The position numbers and the translations under genes are program-made. From Euglena gracilis (Eukaryota): a stretch of DNA of 64,000 bases. Of this stretch, positions 23,121 to 34,775 are shown piece after piece (position 1 is the first letter of the stretch; every line of letters starts with the position of its first letter). The stretch covers positions 23,076,954 to 23,140,953 of the forward strand of contig CP154954.1 in the NCBI GenBank assembly GCA_039621445.1. Reading direction: 5' to 3'. Below the pieces are notes generated by a model. The model made no database searches, was not told the origin of the DNA, and was given only the letters and a program-made list of their open reading frames with translations.

Positions 23121-26100
23121 CTAGTGGCAGGGTCCCAGGTGTCCTCTTCGGGACCATCTTTTCCACCTCACCTTCCAGTGGTGTATACTCCTGTCTAATT
23201 TGTGGTCGAGGATTTTGTCAACGACAAAATCATCTGTTTCAGGCAGTTTTGACCGTGGTTTGAAGTAGAGGCAGGGTATTACTTTATCGTTTGGTGGAAT
23301 CAGGTGTGGTTCGAAATCAATCATGTGCATATCGTCGACACCGTTTGGGTGAAGCGACTTTATTGCGCCAACTTGTACCTAACCGATCGAGGATCTCACA
23401 TGGTCCGATCTAGAGGGGGTCCAACGTCGTGGATTGCGTGCGGGTTCTGTTGTTCCGAACCCACACGCGGTCGCCTGGGTTATACATCGGTGATTTGTAA
23501 TCTTGTAAGAATTGGCGTTGTTTTTGAATGTGTATAGCGACGGCGCGCTTTTGCACTTCCGTGCGAAATGATTCCACTTCAGAGAAGCATGTTTCGCAAC
23601 CCATGCTAGAACGAGCGGGTCGTTCTGACGGGATGTTGCCCATTGGTGGGGGGTCTCTCCCGAAGACGATTTTGTATGGTGAGTATTGCAATATCAAACC
23701 CGGTAAACTGTTGATATAAAATAAACATCAGGGAAACACTTGTAGCCAGGCATTGTGCGATTCGGCCAGTGAAAGTCGTAGCATGTTGACTACAGCTTTC
23801 ACTGCCCCTTCAGCGCGACCATTTCCTTTTGTACGGATAAAAACAATAAAATGCTGCTCAATTCCGAGCAAACCGCAAAGTGTTGAGAAAAATCTCGAAT
23901 AAATCAAGTGGTCTTGATCACTAACGATTTCATTCGGTAAACCCGTGAGGCAAATTAATCTTTCTGAAAACATTTGTGCCAAGACTTGTGCTGTCAGCCG
24001 TGCTTTCTGGCATGGAATGGCTCCGGTGTACCTTCTCAGCCGGCAGACGACAACAAGAACATAATCATAAATTTTGTCATCTTTTCCTTTCCAAGGTTCT
24101 AACTCCACAAATTTCCGTGCAGAGGGAATTAAAAATGTCATTCGGCACGGGGAAGGAGTCCAGCGTACCATAGGGGCCTCTGCGCGGTTTCACACCTTGA
24201 CAATTTTGGCATCGTTGCGAAAATTGTAAACAGCGCGTGTACAATTCTTTTTGGCCGGGGTTGTACAGTACCTGCGACCCACCAAAGAATGAAGTTTCGG
24301 GGCCCCAGGGTGCTCTTGATTGCGGTAACATAAAAGTACATCATCAACCAAGTCACAGGGTATGCAGTACTTGTAACCAGTATCATTCCGAAAGCAAACG
24401 TAAAGGTAGTAAGGTACAATTTTCAACCAATTCACCATTACGCAATCTTTGTACGACGTCATTGTAAAAATCCTCCTTGGAATAATCCCTTTCACCAAAA
24501 AAAGGGAGGGGCTAGAGATTCTGATCGCGTAACTCGGCGGCGGCCTGGCATTCTGCCGCGTTGTCGTTTTCCCTGTACGGGGGCAATCGGCCTTTGCCGC
24601 CAAATCCGCGAAACAGGAAAGTTGTCAAGTAAGTTGTCAGCGGCGTCTGCGCGCCTCGCGAATTCGTTGGCTTAGCGACTTCCATGGAACGTGGCATCAC
24701 CATTATCAGGGTTACCAGGGTGATGGCGAGGTGCACGGGAGATCAGGTCAGCCACTTTTTGAGTATGACCGGTGTGTAAACTACCACCAGGTTGAATTGA
24801 ATTGAATCAAAGATTCGTGCCAACGGCATCTTCGGCGAACTAAGGACATGGCGTTGTTCAAGCCTTCGGTGTACCAGTGTTGGAGTGACTCCTGATATGT
24901 CAACACTAGTATTTGTACGTGTGAACTGGCAACCTAACTTCGGAATTTTTGTAGGATAAGGACATTGGCATATGTCTCCTTTTCTCGTATGCTCCATTTG
25001 ACTTGTCCTTTTCTGTCTTCACCTTGTGACTTTCTGCTGAAGAATGCTACAGGGCGAGGTTCATTCCACGAGTTATGTTGACTCAACACACCGCCGGCAG
25101 CATAGTCACTGCTATCGGCCTCCAGTATGTCTGGTTTGTATGGATCTGCAATGTCAGGTAAAACACTGTCCAACATCAATTGTTTAAGTGTCGTTAGCTC
25201 TTCTCGCGTTGTATCATCCCATTGAATCTTTTTATTGTCAGGAGCGCGATGTTTGAGTTGCCGCGTCAGTGGTACCGCGATTTTCGCAAAATCCTTCATG
25301 TAAGTCGCGTAATGTTGCGCTAAACCCAAAACTTCTTTTAAGTCTGTGATTGTTTTGATGTTTTCAGGTGTCCACTTCTTTATAAATTCAAGTTTGCTTG
25401 GAGATGCTCTCCTTTGTCTGTTATTAAGAATGTGTCCACCAAATTTTATCGTTTCGCGAAACGAATGCATTTTCGCACCTTTGACGAAAAGCAAATCTTT
25501 TTGGAATGTTGTCAGAACTGATTGTACATCGCGGTGGTGGGTATCAAGGATATCACTACCCGAATTTTTAAGTGGAGGAGGTGTGCCTATCAGCACGTCA
25601 TCAATGTATACCATTGCAAACGGTTAATCTCGAAAAATTCATTGTATCACTCTTCTGAACATGACTGGGCCATTCATTACACCCATTGGTAACACTGTCC
25701 ACTGGTAAACTCCGCGGGAGGTTACAAATGCGGTGTATGGTAGGGAGTCAGGTTGTAAGTGCATCTGGTGAAAATCATCCTCTAAATCAAAAATCGATAA
25801 GAGGCGGTTTTCCGCTTGTTATGTAATCAGGTCTTTGATAAGTGGTAATGGAAATGGATCATCCTTTGTCCGTGAGTTCAAATATCGGTAATCCAGCACA
25901 AGTCTCCACTTCTTCTGTCCAGAAGCATCGGGAGGCCTGGGTACCACAAAAGCTTGTGAGGTCACTTGCTTTTGGAGGGTATGATCCACTTGCGTTCAAT
26001 CCCTTTTTCGATTATTGTAATGAGAACTTGTTCTCTTTCGCCTGAACAGCGAAATAAGTTTCGGTGCAAGTGCTGTGCACCTGCTTTAAGTTCAATTTTA

Positions 26101-26298
26101 CAGACACCTAAAGGTGCGCGAATTGCATATTCTATGTTATGGGCAGAGATAGGATGTTCTAGAACTTCACTGAATTCGCGATTGATCTTTGTACATAGTT
26201 CTTGTGACTAGGGGTGTTGACCACCGCTTTCTTTCACTGCGGATAGTTGGTATGTTTGGTCATTCTGACTTTTTCCGCGTAGGAATTCGTCAGTGTGG
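23121..26298 (-). pseudogene. Family A copy 2 pol (RT, RNase H, integrase, chromodomain), interrupted by element B1
   Basis: VYIDDVLIG, LEADSSDYAAGGVLSQH, QEHPGAPKL, IVSDQDHLI, DDFVVDKILDHK...WKVRWK; many stops. The host sequence resumes after the TSD at ~40756. Confidence 0.9.
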
Positions 26299-27131
26299 TG
26301 TTCACCGGTTCCGCCACCCCCGGGCTGCCGGTCGCCCCCGCGACCGCCAAGTCCCTTTGGGCCAAGGGCCCCGGGGGGTCCTCGCCGGTGGGGAGGACAC
26401 CGACAGGGGGGGTGGTGTTTCCGGGGTGGGGCCTGCGCTTTTTCCGGGGGTTGGTGGGCTCAAGTCAACCCCCTTTTTTTCACCCAGGTGGTTTCCCCAA
26501 CCCCAGCCGGTGCGTAGGATCGTTTTTTGAACGGTTTCCGAAGATTTCGTGAAAACTGAAAAATCTGCCATTTTGCTTGCAAATCTCACTTCTCTCTCTC
26601 TCTCTCACCCACTCACTCTCTTGCACACCTTGAAGGTAAAAACCAACCCACTGAAACTTGAAACTCTTGAAGTCAAAACAGAAAGAAACTTGAATTCTGA
26701 AACTCCGAGACTTGAGTGAGAACACACTTGAAACCGAAAACTGTGAAATGTGAATGTATGGAATGTGCAAACCTTGGGGCAAGGAGTGGTAGGTGATGGA
26801 GGCGAAGGCGGTGGTATAGAGGAGTGGGCGGTGGTGTTAAAGGCTCCTTCAAGGCAATGACTTCAATAGATCAATGACCAACAATGAAACTCAACTTGCC
26901 ACTTCAATTGAAAGTCCAATTGAAAAATTCAATACAATAGTATTCCTTCTTGCCAAACATTGGGGAAAACCCCTCAAGTTCTGTGAAAAAAAAAAACTCG
27001 AAGGCGCTTAGAAATTTGACCCGCTTCCAATTTAAGTCGCGGGTTTCTCTAACTGATTGGCTGTTACCCGCGACTTTGTAATTTGCGCCTTCTGGCAATT
27101 TTTGGCTGCCGGCGCAAGCCGGCGGCCGACA
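26299..27131 (-). repeat. B1 3' LTR (833 bp)
   Basis: Near-identical to 38936-39318 + 40342-40751; minus strand reads TGTCGGCCG...GGTGAACA. Confidence 0.95.
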
Positions 27132-27142
27132 CCCCCTCCCTT
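27132..27142 (-). promoter_or_regulatory. B1 polypurine tract
   Basis: AAGGGAGGGGG immediately precedes the 3' LTR on the minus strand. Confidence 0.85.
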
Positions 27143-27424
27143 GCGACCTTAGTTGGACACCAAAAATTCGCCCCCCCCCCGTTCCTCAAAAACGGGGGGG
27201 GGTGAATCCTCCATTCGGCACTCTTTTATCCAAAGCCTATGTCCCACACCCATTCTCCCTTGAATCAACGAATAGGAAACAAACTTCAGGGACTATGGCT
27301 TTCAAGTGCCTTCAAACCTTTGGGAAAGACTTGTTCCACCAACCAATGAATATTAGGCTGCCCCCCCCCCGCTTCTCACGGGTGGTATGAGGGTCTTCAC
27401 CAAGATCTGCCCCCCCCTTCCAAC

Positions 27425-28280
27425 GGGTCGGGGGATTTTTTGGTAAAAATTCGGTTGCCACCCCCTTCGGGTTGGGGGAATTTTTGGTTCAAATTCGTCA
27501 AGCCCCCCCCCCCTCCTCGGGCCGGGGGAATTTTGTCCAAAAAAACCAAGCCCCCCCCCCTCCTCGGGCCGGGGGGATTTTTGTCAAAAAAATCGGGCCA
27601 GGGAGATCTTTGTCAAAAATTCAAGACTCCCCCCCCCTCCTCGGGCCGGGGGGATTTATGTCCAAAAATTCAAGGCGCCCCCCCCCCTCGGGCCGGGGGA
27701 ATTTTGTCCAAAAAAATCAAGCCCCCCCCCTCCCTCCTCGGGCCGGGGGATTTTTGTCAAAAAATCGAACGCCCCCCCCCCCCTCCTCGGGCCGGGGGGA
27801 TTTTTGTCAAAAATCAACGCCCCCCCCACCCCCCCCCCCCCCCCCCCCCTCCCCCCCCCTCCCCCCCTCCTCGGGCCGGAGGGATTTTTGTCCAAAAAAA
27901 TCGAGGCGCCCCCCCCTCCTCGGGCCGGGGGAATTTTGTCCAAAAAAATCAAGCCCCCCCCTCCCTCCTAGGGCCGGGGGATTTTTGTCCAAAAAATCGA
28001 ACGCCCCCCCCCCCCTCCTCGCGCCGGGCGGATTTTTGTCAAAAAATCAAGCCCCCCCCCCCTCGGGCCGGGGGATTTTTGTCAAAAAATAGAGGCACCC
28101 CCCCCCCTTCTCGGGCCGGGGGAATTTTTGTCAAAAAATCAAGGCGCCCCCCCCCTCCTCGGGCCGGGGGAATTTTTTTCAAAAATTCAAGCCCCCCCCC
28201 CCTCCTCGGGCCGGGGGGAATTTTTGTCAAAAAAATCAAGGCGCCCCCCCCCCCCCTCGGGCCGGGGGATTTTTGTCGAA
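27425..28280. repeat. ~48-bp tandem array (~18 copies) inside the B1 3' region
   Basis: Unit approximately C(n)TCCTCGGGCCGGGGG(A)ATTTTTGTC(C)AAAAAATCAAG(G); core recurs at e.g. 28064, 28112, 28160, 28207. Confidence 0.9.
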
Positions 28281-28827
28281 AACTCTGTCCCCTTAACCAA
28301 CCCAGTGAGGGCTCATATTGTCACCAAGGACTCCCAACCACAGTGTAATCCATCCTCATTCACACATACGAATGATTTAGGAAGGAACCCTTTTAACACC
28401 ACCGCGTGACCGTAATGCGAGGGGAAGCTACGCAGGGGTAGGGAGAGGGAGAGGGAAGGGCGAACGGCAGTATAGGGCAGAATATAGCAAATGAGGTGAT
28501 GGTGGGTGGGAGGTACCGGGGTTCACCGGCCCAACATGGTCATGACCGGTACCCTCCCACTTTTAGCAATCACGCGCAATATATGTTGATGGTGGGGGGT
28601 TGGCCTTTGCCATAGGCCTTGCCTTTCCCCCCTTTGTTCACAAGGACGATTCTGCCCCGGGGCTTCGGTGCCTACCCCTTTGGCACCCCCCATTCAGGGC
28701 CTCCCCCCACCTTGGCCCACTTTGGCCTTCTCCCGTCTCACCCCAAGGCCTCGGTCCATACCTTCTTTCCGTTTGTGTCCCCCTCTCCCTGTGGAATATG
28801 GTGTGCCCATTCTCATCACAATCCTCC

Positions 28828-29271
28828 TCATATTGACAATCCAAACACCTTTTTTTTGTAAAGCAACCTTCTCTCCCCTTTTTCCTTGAGAGGCAAAAGA
28901 ACCGTGAACTCCCGAAAACAATTTTGGCACACTTCATACCACTCCCTTGGCTGAAAATCGGGTGTCCGAAATGGCACCCCTCTGACATCCACCCTTTCAA
29001 AGGTTTCACAATTGATGCAGAATCTTTTGAATCCCTCCTCCCCATCGTTCAAGGGAGCCAAAAAAGTGTCCTCCCCGTGGCAAACATCACATGTTTTGTA
29101 TAATCCTTGGAGCCTCTCATCCAAATTGACTTGGTTTAATTTTCCACAGCCCCCACACCTCATTATGGTGTCACTTGCCATTAATCGTCCTTGAAAGGTC
29201 TCAAAAGCTTGTAATTCTGTGGGGGTAGAGGCGGGGGAGGTGGTGGGGTTTGTGGCCGGCGAATCTGACAT
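28828..29271 (-). CDS. B1 accessory 3' ORF, ~147-aa protein with four CxxC pairs (putative zinc ribbon)
   Basis: MSDSPATNP...RCGGCG...TCDVCH...FCINCE...VCQNCF; open, same sense as pol, between chromodomain and PPT. Confidence 0.65.
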   Translation of the reverse strand: MSDSPATNPTTSPASTPTELQAFETFQGRLMASDTIMRCGGCGKLNQVNLDERLQGLYKTCDVCHGEDTFLAPLNDGEEGFKRFCINCETFERVDVRGVPFRTPDFQPREWYEVCQNCFREFTVLLPLKEKGERRLLYKKKVFGLSI

Positions 29272-29589
29272 TTTTTTGTTGTCCACTCCTTTCCCCACGT
29301 TGGGCCGGTTGTCCATGTATAAAGTGGTGCCCCCTGGTGGGGCATTCACACTCCTGGCCCCCTTGCGGGGCCTTTTTCTGCCTTTCTCCATTCTCTTTCC
29401 ATGGCAGATTCTTGTCACTTGGGTGTGAACATTCCCTCCTTCACACACTCGTGCGCATTTGCGCACACATACACACACGCACACACACAGACATGCAAAT
29501 CCGGATTTTGAATTTTAATGATGGGGGAAAAAAACAGCACTTTGCCTTCCCTCAAACTTGCATCAAGGCCTCCTAGCTCACTCAAGAGG

Positions 29590-32500
29590 TTATGGCCACC
29601 CATCAATTTTTAGTTCGGACATTACGTCCACTTTCACTTTTTTCTCACGACAATATTTCACAAACTCTTCACTGAATCTGTGAATGAAATTTCCAGCCGG
29701 TTCCCAGGTTTCCTCCCCGTCCTCATATCCGACCCACTTTGTAAAAAATTCCCATTTTCCATCTTTTCTTTTCTGATGCCTTAATATTTTTTCCACCTCC
29801 CACTCCTCAGGTAATGCCTCTTCTTCTTTTTCGGTCCGTTTATAGTAAAAAAGAGGCACCCCCTTACCTTCAACTTGGGGTTCCCGATATTCCTTCAAAA
29901 AACTCCTATGAGCTTTTGTCTCTACCCCAGGTTTCATTTCGATTACATAACTTCGTTCCCCCTCTCTACCCTTCACGACCCCAGGTCCTACCCACCTAGA
30001 GTCAAGCTTCTCACCCGACCCCTCGGGTCTCCTATACCAAACCGTCGTCCCCACCTTTAGGGGTTCCATTTCTTTCCTCCCGTTATTTATCCTTGCCACC
30101 TCCTCCTCATGCTTTTTGTTGAGTATCCTAGCCACCCTCCCATCAATGTCTTGCATCCTTCGGAAAAACTCCACCTAATCCTCACATTCTTTGGGTGGTT
30201 GGCAGGGTACCCCTGCCAATGGTCTTTCCCTTCCAGTCACAATTTAAAATGGGCTCAATCCGCTTTCCCCCTTTACGTCATGAATTCGGTCCAAAACTTG
30301 GGGTAAAGCCTCAACCCAATTAATTTTTTCCTCCACGTACAATTTTCTCAACACCTCCATTACCTGTTGTCCGGCTCTCTCAACCCTCCCGTTTGCTTGG
30401 CGGTGGTATGCTTGGGAATATGCTTGCCTAATCCCCAAAAGTGCACACATGTTTTTCCACCAAGTGCTTGTGAAATGGCTCCCTTGGTCACTTGAGATGA
30501 CCGAGGGAACCCCAAAAGCCTCCACTGATTTTTTACCATTTCCTTAGCCAACTTGGCACCGGTTAATCCCTTGTCCTTGCATGCAACCCCACAATCCAAC
30601 CCGAATGCCTATCCACACAAAGGGCCAGGGTGTCGTACTCCCCCCCATCGTGTAAAACCCTTGGCATTCGAAACAAATCGATGGCAACACTTGTCATTAG
30701 TGCAGGGGGTATGGGTGTGGACTCGATCGGTCCTTTCAAACTCTCCCCCCTCACACTCGCTTGGCATGTGGAACAATTTTTGCTGCAATTTTGGTTGAGT
30801 TGTTTTGCAGCCTTTTCATCAGCCCAAACAAAACGGATTGCCATGTGTTTCCAAACTGTTTCAGGGCCAACGTGCCCCAAAAACTCGTGATTTTCTTGAA
30901 TCACCAAGGGTTGGAAACTTTCAGGCACACACAACTTTTCCTCGAAAAACAGTTGACCGTTCAAGACTTTATAGCTTTTGGGCCAAACTGAACCACCTTT
31001 GGTAGCCTCCCATTTTTCTTTCCACGTGGGGCATCGGGAATATGCTTCCCCTTAATCACGCTCCCATACGGGCTTAGTATCCTTAGGGGTCGTACTTGGC
31101 AGGGCGTCCCCCACTTCCATACGAGTGTCCCCCCTCGAACTTTCAGCCGTCTCCGGGACAGGGGTCGTCTCCCCCCCCACTTTCTCATCCCAAAAATGAA
31201 CTCGTTTCTTTTCTTTCCTGGGCCCTTGTGAGTGGGTGTCCACAGGGGTGTCTTTTCCTCCTGGGTCTACCCCACCCTCGGTTCCCCTCCTTGTGCACTC
31301 TCCTTTTTCCTCCTCAGGTGTTACGTTTTAGCCACTACGGGTTGTCACCCCCCGTATCCAGGCATTACGTAAATTGGGCTGGTTTTTGATTCTTATCTCC
31401 AAACACTATTTTTCCTCTTCTTTTTCCTCCCGGATAAAATTTTCCATTTCATCCTTGTCTTCGGCTGACCCATGCTTACTTATATCTCTTAGGGCCTGTG
31501 AAGCTGGGTATGCCCACCGACTAAGGATATCGGCTATGGTATTTTCTTTACTCGGGATATATCCCACCGTCAAATCATACTTGGAGAAAATTTGATGCCA
31601 TCTCGCCCTCCTCCCAACCGGACCACTGTGGGTGTCTAGGACCTCCCTTGTCCAAGACTCCAAAGTTTGGGGGTCGGTTAAAACCAAAACGGGTTGCAAT
31701 CCAATCCAACTCTCCCATTTTTGTAGTGCCAAAATTATGGCGTACGTCTCCAACTCCCGGGCCCTCGGTCAATTTTCGAGACATAAAAGCCACTGGCACA
31801 GTTTTTTTCTCAATCACATCGTGGGCTGTGGGTCTTCCTCCCTCCTTCATGTGCTCTAACGTTGCCCCCACGGCGTACCCACTAGCATCAACCCTTAGCA
31901 GAAAGGGTTTATCTGGGTCTACCCGTTGCAACATCAGGCCCGAACACAACCTTTCTTTCAGCTCCTCAAAAGCTTTTAAATCCTCCCCATCAAATTCCAC
32001 AGGTTTTCGACTTCCTTTCTTTCCCACCTCCCTGGGGACTTTCAATTTGTCTTGCAGCCGGGCAGCTACTTCCGCATACATGTGAATGTATGCATTGTAA
32101 TAATTTCTGAATCCCAAAAAGGCTCTCAAAGCCGTAATTTTTTTTGGAACCTCCCACTTTTCGATCGCTCGTAACTTACCCGGTGCAGGCCTCCTAGTCC
32201 CGTTTCCTAAAATTTGTCCACAAAATTCGACCTCCTCAACGAAAAGTTTGGCTTTGAATTCATCAGCCACCAATAATTCTGTTTTGAGCACTTCCAACAC
32301 CCTCCTCAAATCTTTTTCATGTGCCCCCACTAGATCCTCCCCTTCCCCGACCGTTGTCCCCACCAGTTAGTCGTCTATGTACCCTGTGGCGATATCCCTT
32401 ACTGGTGTCAAACGGTCATCGATCATTTGCTGAAACTGCTGGGGGGCATTTGTCAAACCCATTACGTTCACCCTCCATTGAAAAATGCCTTTGGGGGTAA

Positions 32501-33640
32501 AACAACACGTTATGGGTCGACTTTCTGGGTGTAAAGGTTGTTGGTTAAAAGCTTGCTTCAAATCGATGATCGAAAACATTTGGTTTGCACCATGTTTGAC
32601 TAAAATGTCTTCAATTTTGGGTAGGAGGTAGTTGCATCGCCTTGTTTGGCTGTTTGGGCCCCTGAGGTCCACCACCCCCCTCCAAGGAAAATCGTTAGAT
32701 TTTTTTGGAACTGGAAAAGTCTGGGATAGCCATTCAGAATTTTTGGCTGTGGCTGGCTCAATGTATTTTTTGTCGAGCCAGTCTTGTGTGATTTTTTCAA
32801 GTGCCTCTTTCCTCTCACCGTGCATGAAAAAAGGCTTCTGTCTGGTTGGCTTTGCCCCCTCCTTCAAAGGTATGTATGCATAACCATATTGTCCTCTTTC
32901 GGGGGGTTCTGGAAATGGCGATGACCGAAATACCGTCCGCCGGTAATCTTCCAAAACTTGCTCCCTCAACTTCGACTACCAGTTCCTCCTCTTTTTTGTC
33001 CTACCCCTCCCTTGCAATTATCATTCGGTTGATAACTTGCACTGGGGGGTCACTTCCCTCCAAATTTGTGGCAACCTCCCCTAGGTCCTCATCGCTCAAA
33101 AATTGCAATTCCTGGTCCAACCCTTCCAATGGCAAACAAAGACCAAGTTTTTGCAACCCAAACGAAGACCCGTCTGCCACAGTCACATTGTCCACTGAAA
33201 AATTTTTGTCATCACTGAATTTTTGCGGACCCCTCCGTTTTTCAACACCCCGCAAGAAAATCAGGTCAGGGCTGTCTTTCACCAATGCCTTGTGGTGTGT
33301 AAAAATTCCCAGTTTTGTTTCTGCCAACCATGGATAAGAAAGAATTGCATCAACTTTGATGTTTGCCTCATAAAATTCAACCTCGTATTCCACACACTCA
33401 ATTTCCCTTTCCTCATTCCAATTTTGTTGTAGGATCATTTTCACCCTTGCACATCTGCTCCCCCCCGCCAAAGTTTGCCCATTGGCAGTTTCAAACCTTA
33501 ACGGGTCCTTAGCAGGATACATTAGGTGGTCCCCTATCAACCCTTGTCGAATGAGGTTTGCCTCCGCCCCCGTGTCAATCAAATTTCTGGCCGTTTTTTC
33601 TCCCCATTTGCCAACTTAATCTGGGTTTTTAACAGCAGTT
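29590..33640 (-). pseudogene. B1 pol: protease, RT, RNase H, integrase, chromodomain
   Basis: IDTGAEANL (PR); IDLKQAF...MGLTNAPQQFQ...YIDD (RT); LRVDASGYAVGA (RH); HEFLGHVG...CSTC, AIDLF, SSDQGSHF, NGRVER (IN); WVGPG; EWEVEKILRH...KWVGY..ETWEP (chromo). Scattered stops and frameshifts. Confidence 0.95.
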
Positions 33641-33759
33641 GTCTGTCCTTACCAAGTTTCTTCGATCCTCCCCGAGTTTTCGTCCCCCTCAACATTCTTT
33701 TTTTCAGCCGCACCAATTTTTTCTTCCCTGGGGCTCCCCCCCCCCTGGGAGGGTTGCCT

Positions 33760-34160
33760 TCTATCGATCAAAAAGGCCCACACCCTCCAATGGGTACCCC
33801 TCAAAATCCTCCCATCAGCCTCAAACAACTTTTTCCCCTTGGGAAAATAAATCTTTTTGACAGCCATAGCCACCAGATTTTTCACCCACCTCCTATTCCA
33901 ATCTGGGCAAATGCAAATCGCCCGACAATTGGAATTTTGCAATTTTTCAGCCACCTCAGGCCATAAAGTCCGGGGGGGATTCATCCACAACGTTTCCTCC
34001 GCCCCCCAATCCTTTTTCATGGCATCATCATCCTCCCCGTAAAACTTTTCACACCTGGCATTTTGGCTGGTTGCAAAACAACCCCGTTCCGCCTTAACCC
34101 GAAATTCCTTCTCAATTTCCTCCATACAAACTGTCCTAACAGCATAATCCTCCCTACGAT
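33760..34160 (-). CDS. B1 Dam-like amino-methyltransferase domain (6mA or 4mC type)
   Basis: REDYAV...GCFATSQNARC..FY...DAMKKDW...LWMNPP(R)...AICICPDW..RW, the motif order of the phage/DIRS Dam-like domain; within ORF 33649-35019. Confidence 0.8.
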
Positions 34161-34179
34161 ATCCGCTTTTTCGTTCCAA

Positions 34180-34775
34180 CACGGTTAACAAAAACTCCAC
34201 CAGTTGTTTGGGCATCCTCCATTTTTTCTGAGCACCAACTGTCATTCCATATCCTCCCAACTTTTCTCGGTGACTCCTCTCCACAGGAATCAAATTCGGA
34301 CAGGTCTGGCCATCACAAAGTTTGTTTTGTAGCTTGCTCAGATTTTCGCTCCCCCAGATTCGGGTGGGCTTTTGATATACCCAATCTGAAAACTGACAAT
34401 AGTCAACATCGACAAAAGTCAGATTTTGAACACAAGGTCTTTTCCGCAAAAGTCCATGACGGGGATATCCAATCCACCACAATTTTGGCTTGAAATATTC
34501 GACAATCTCCAAAGTTTTTTTGACCAGCCGATCTGCCCCCTCCAGATTTCTGACTCCCAATGTTTTCGCCAAGCTATATTCTGTACAGGGCACCCCCGCA
34601 GCGATGATCTGAAAATATCCGGGGGGGTACCTCAAATATCTCCACTCCAAAATATTTGCACAGTGGGTTGGGTTAAATCTGGGGTTTATGTCCACTGACA
34701 CAACCTTAAACCCCTGCTCTCTCAGGCAATCCCCAACCGAGCCTTTACCGCAAAAAAGGTCTAAAGCTCTTTTCT
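34180..34775 (-). CDS. B1 C5-cytosine DNA methyltransferase domain
   Basis: Motif I ALDLFCGKGS, II VSVDI, IV AGVPCTEYS (catalytic PC), VI WWIGYPR (ENP in B2), VIII YQKPTRIWG; within ORF 33649-35019. Confidence 0.88.

Noticed and set aside
27440-28348. 302-aa and 206-aa Pro/Gly/Lys-rich ORFs
   Set aside because: They are translations of the 48-bp tandem array; variable homopolymer lengths shift frames and there are no conserved motifs.
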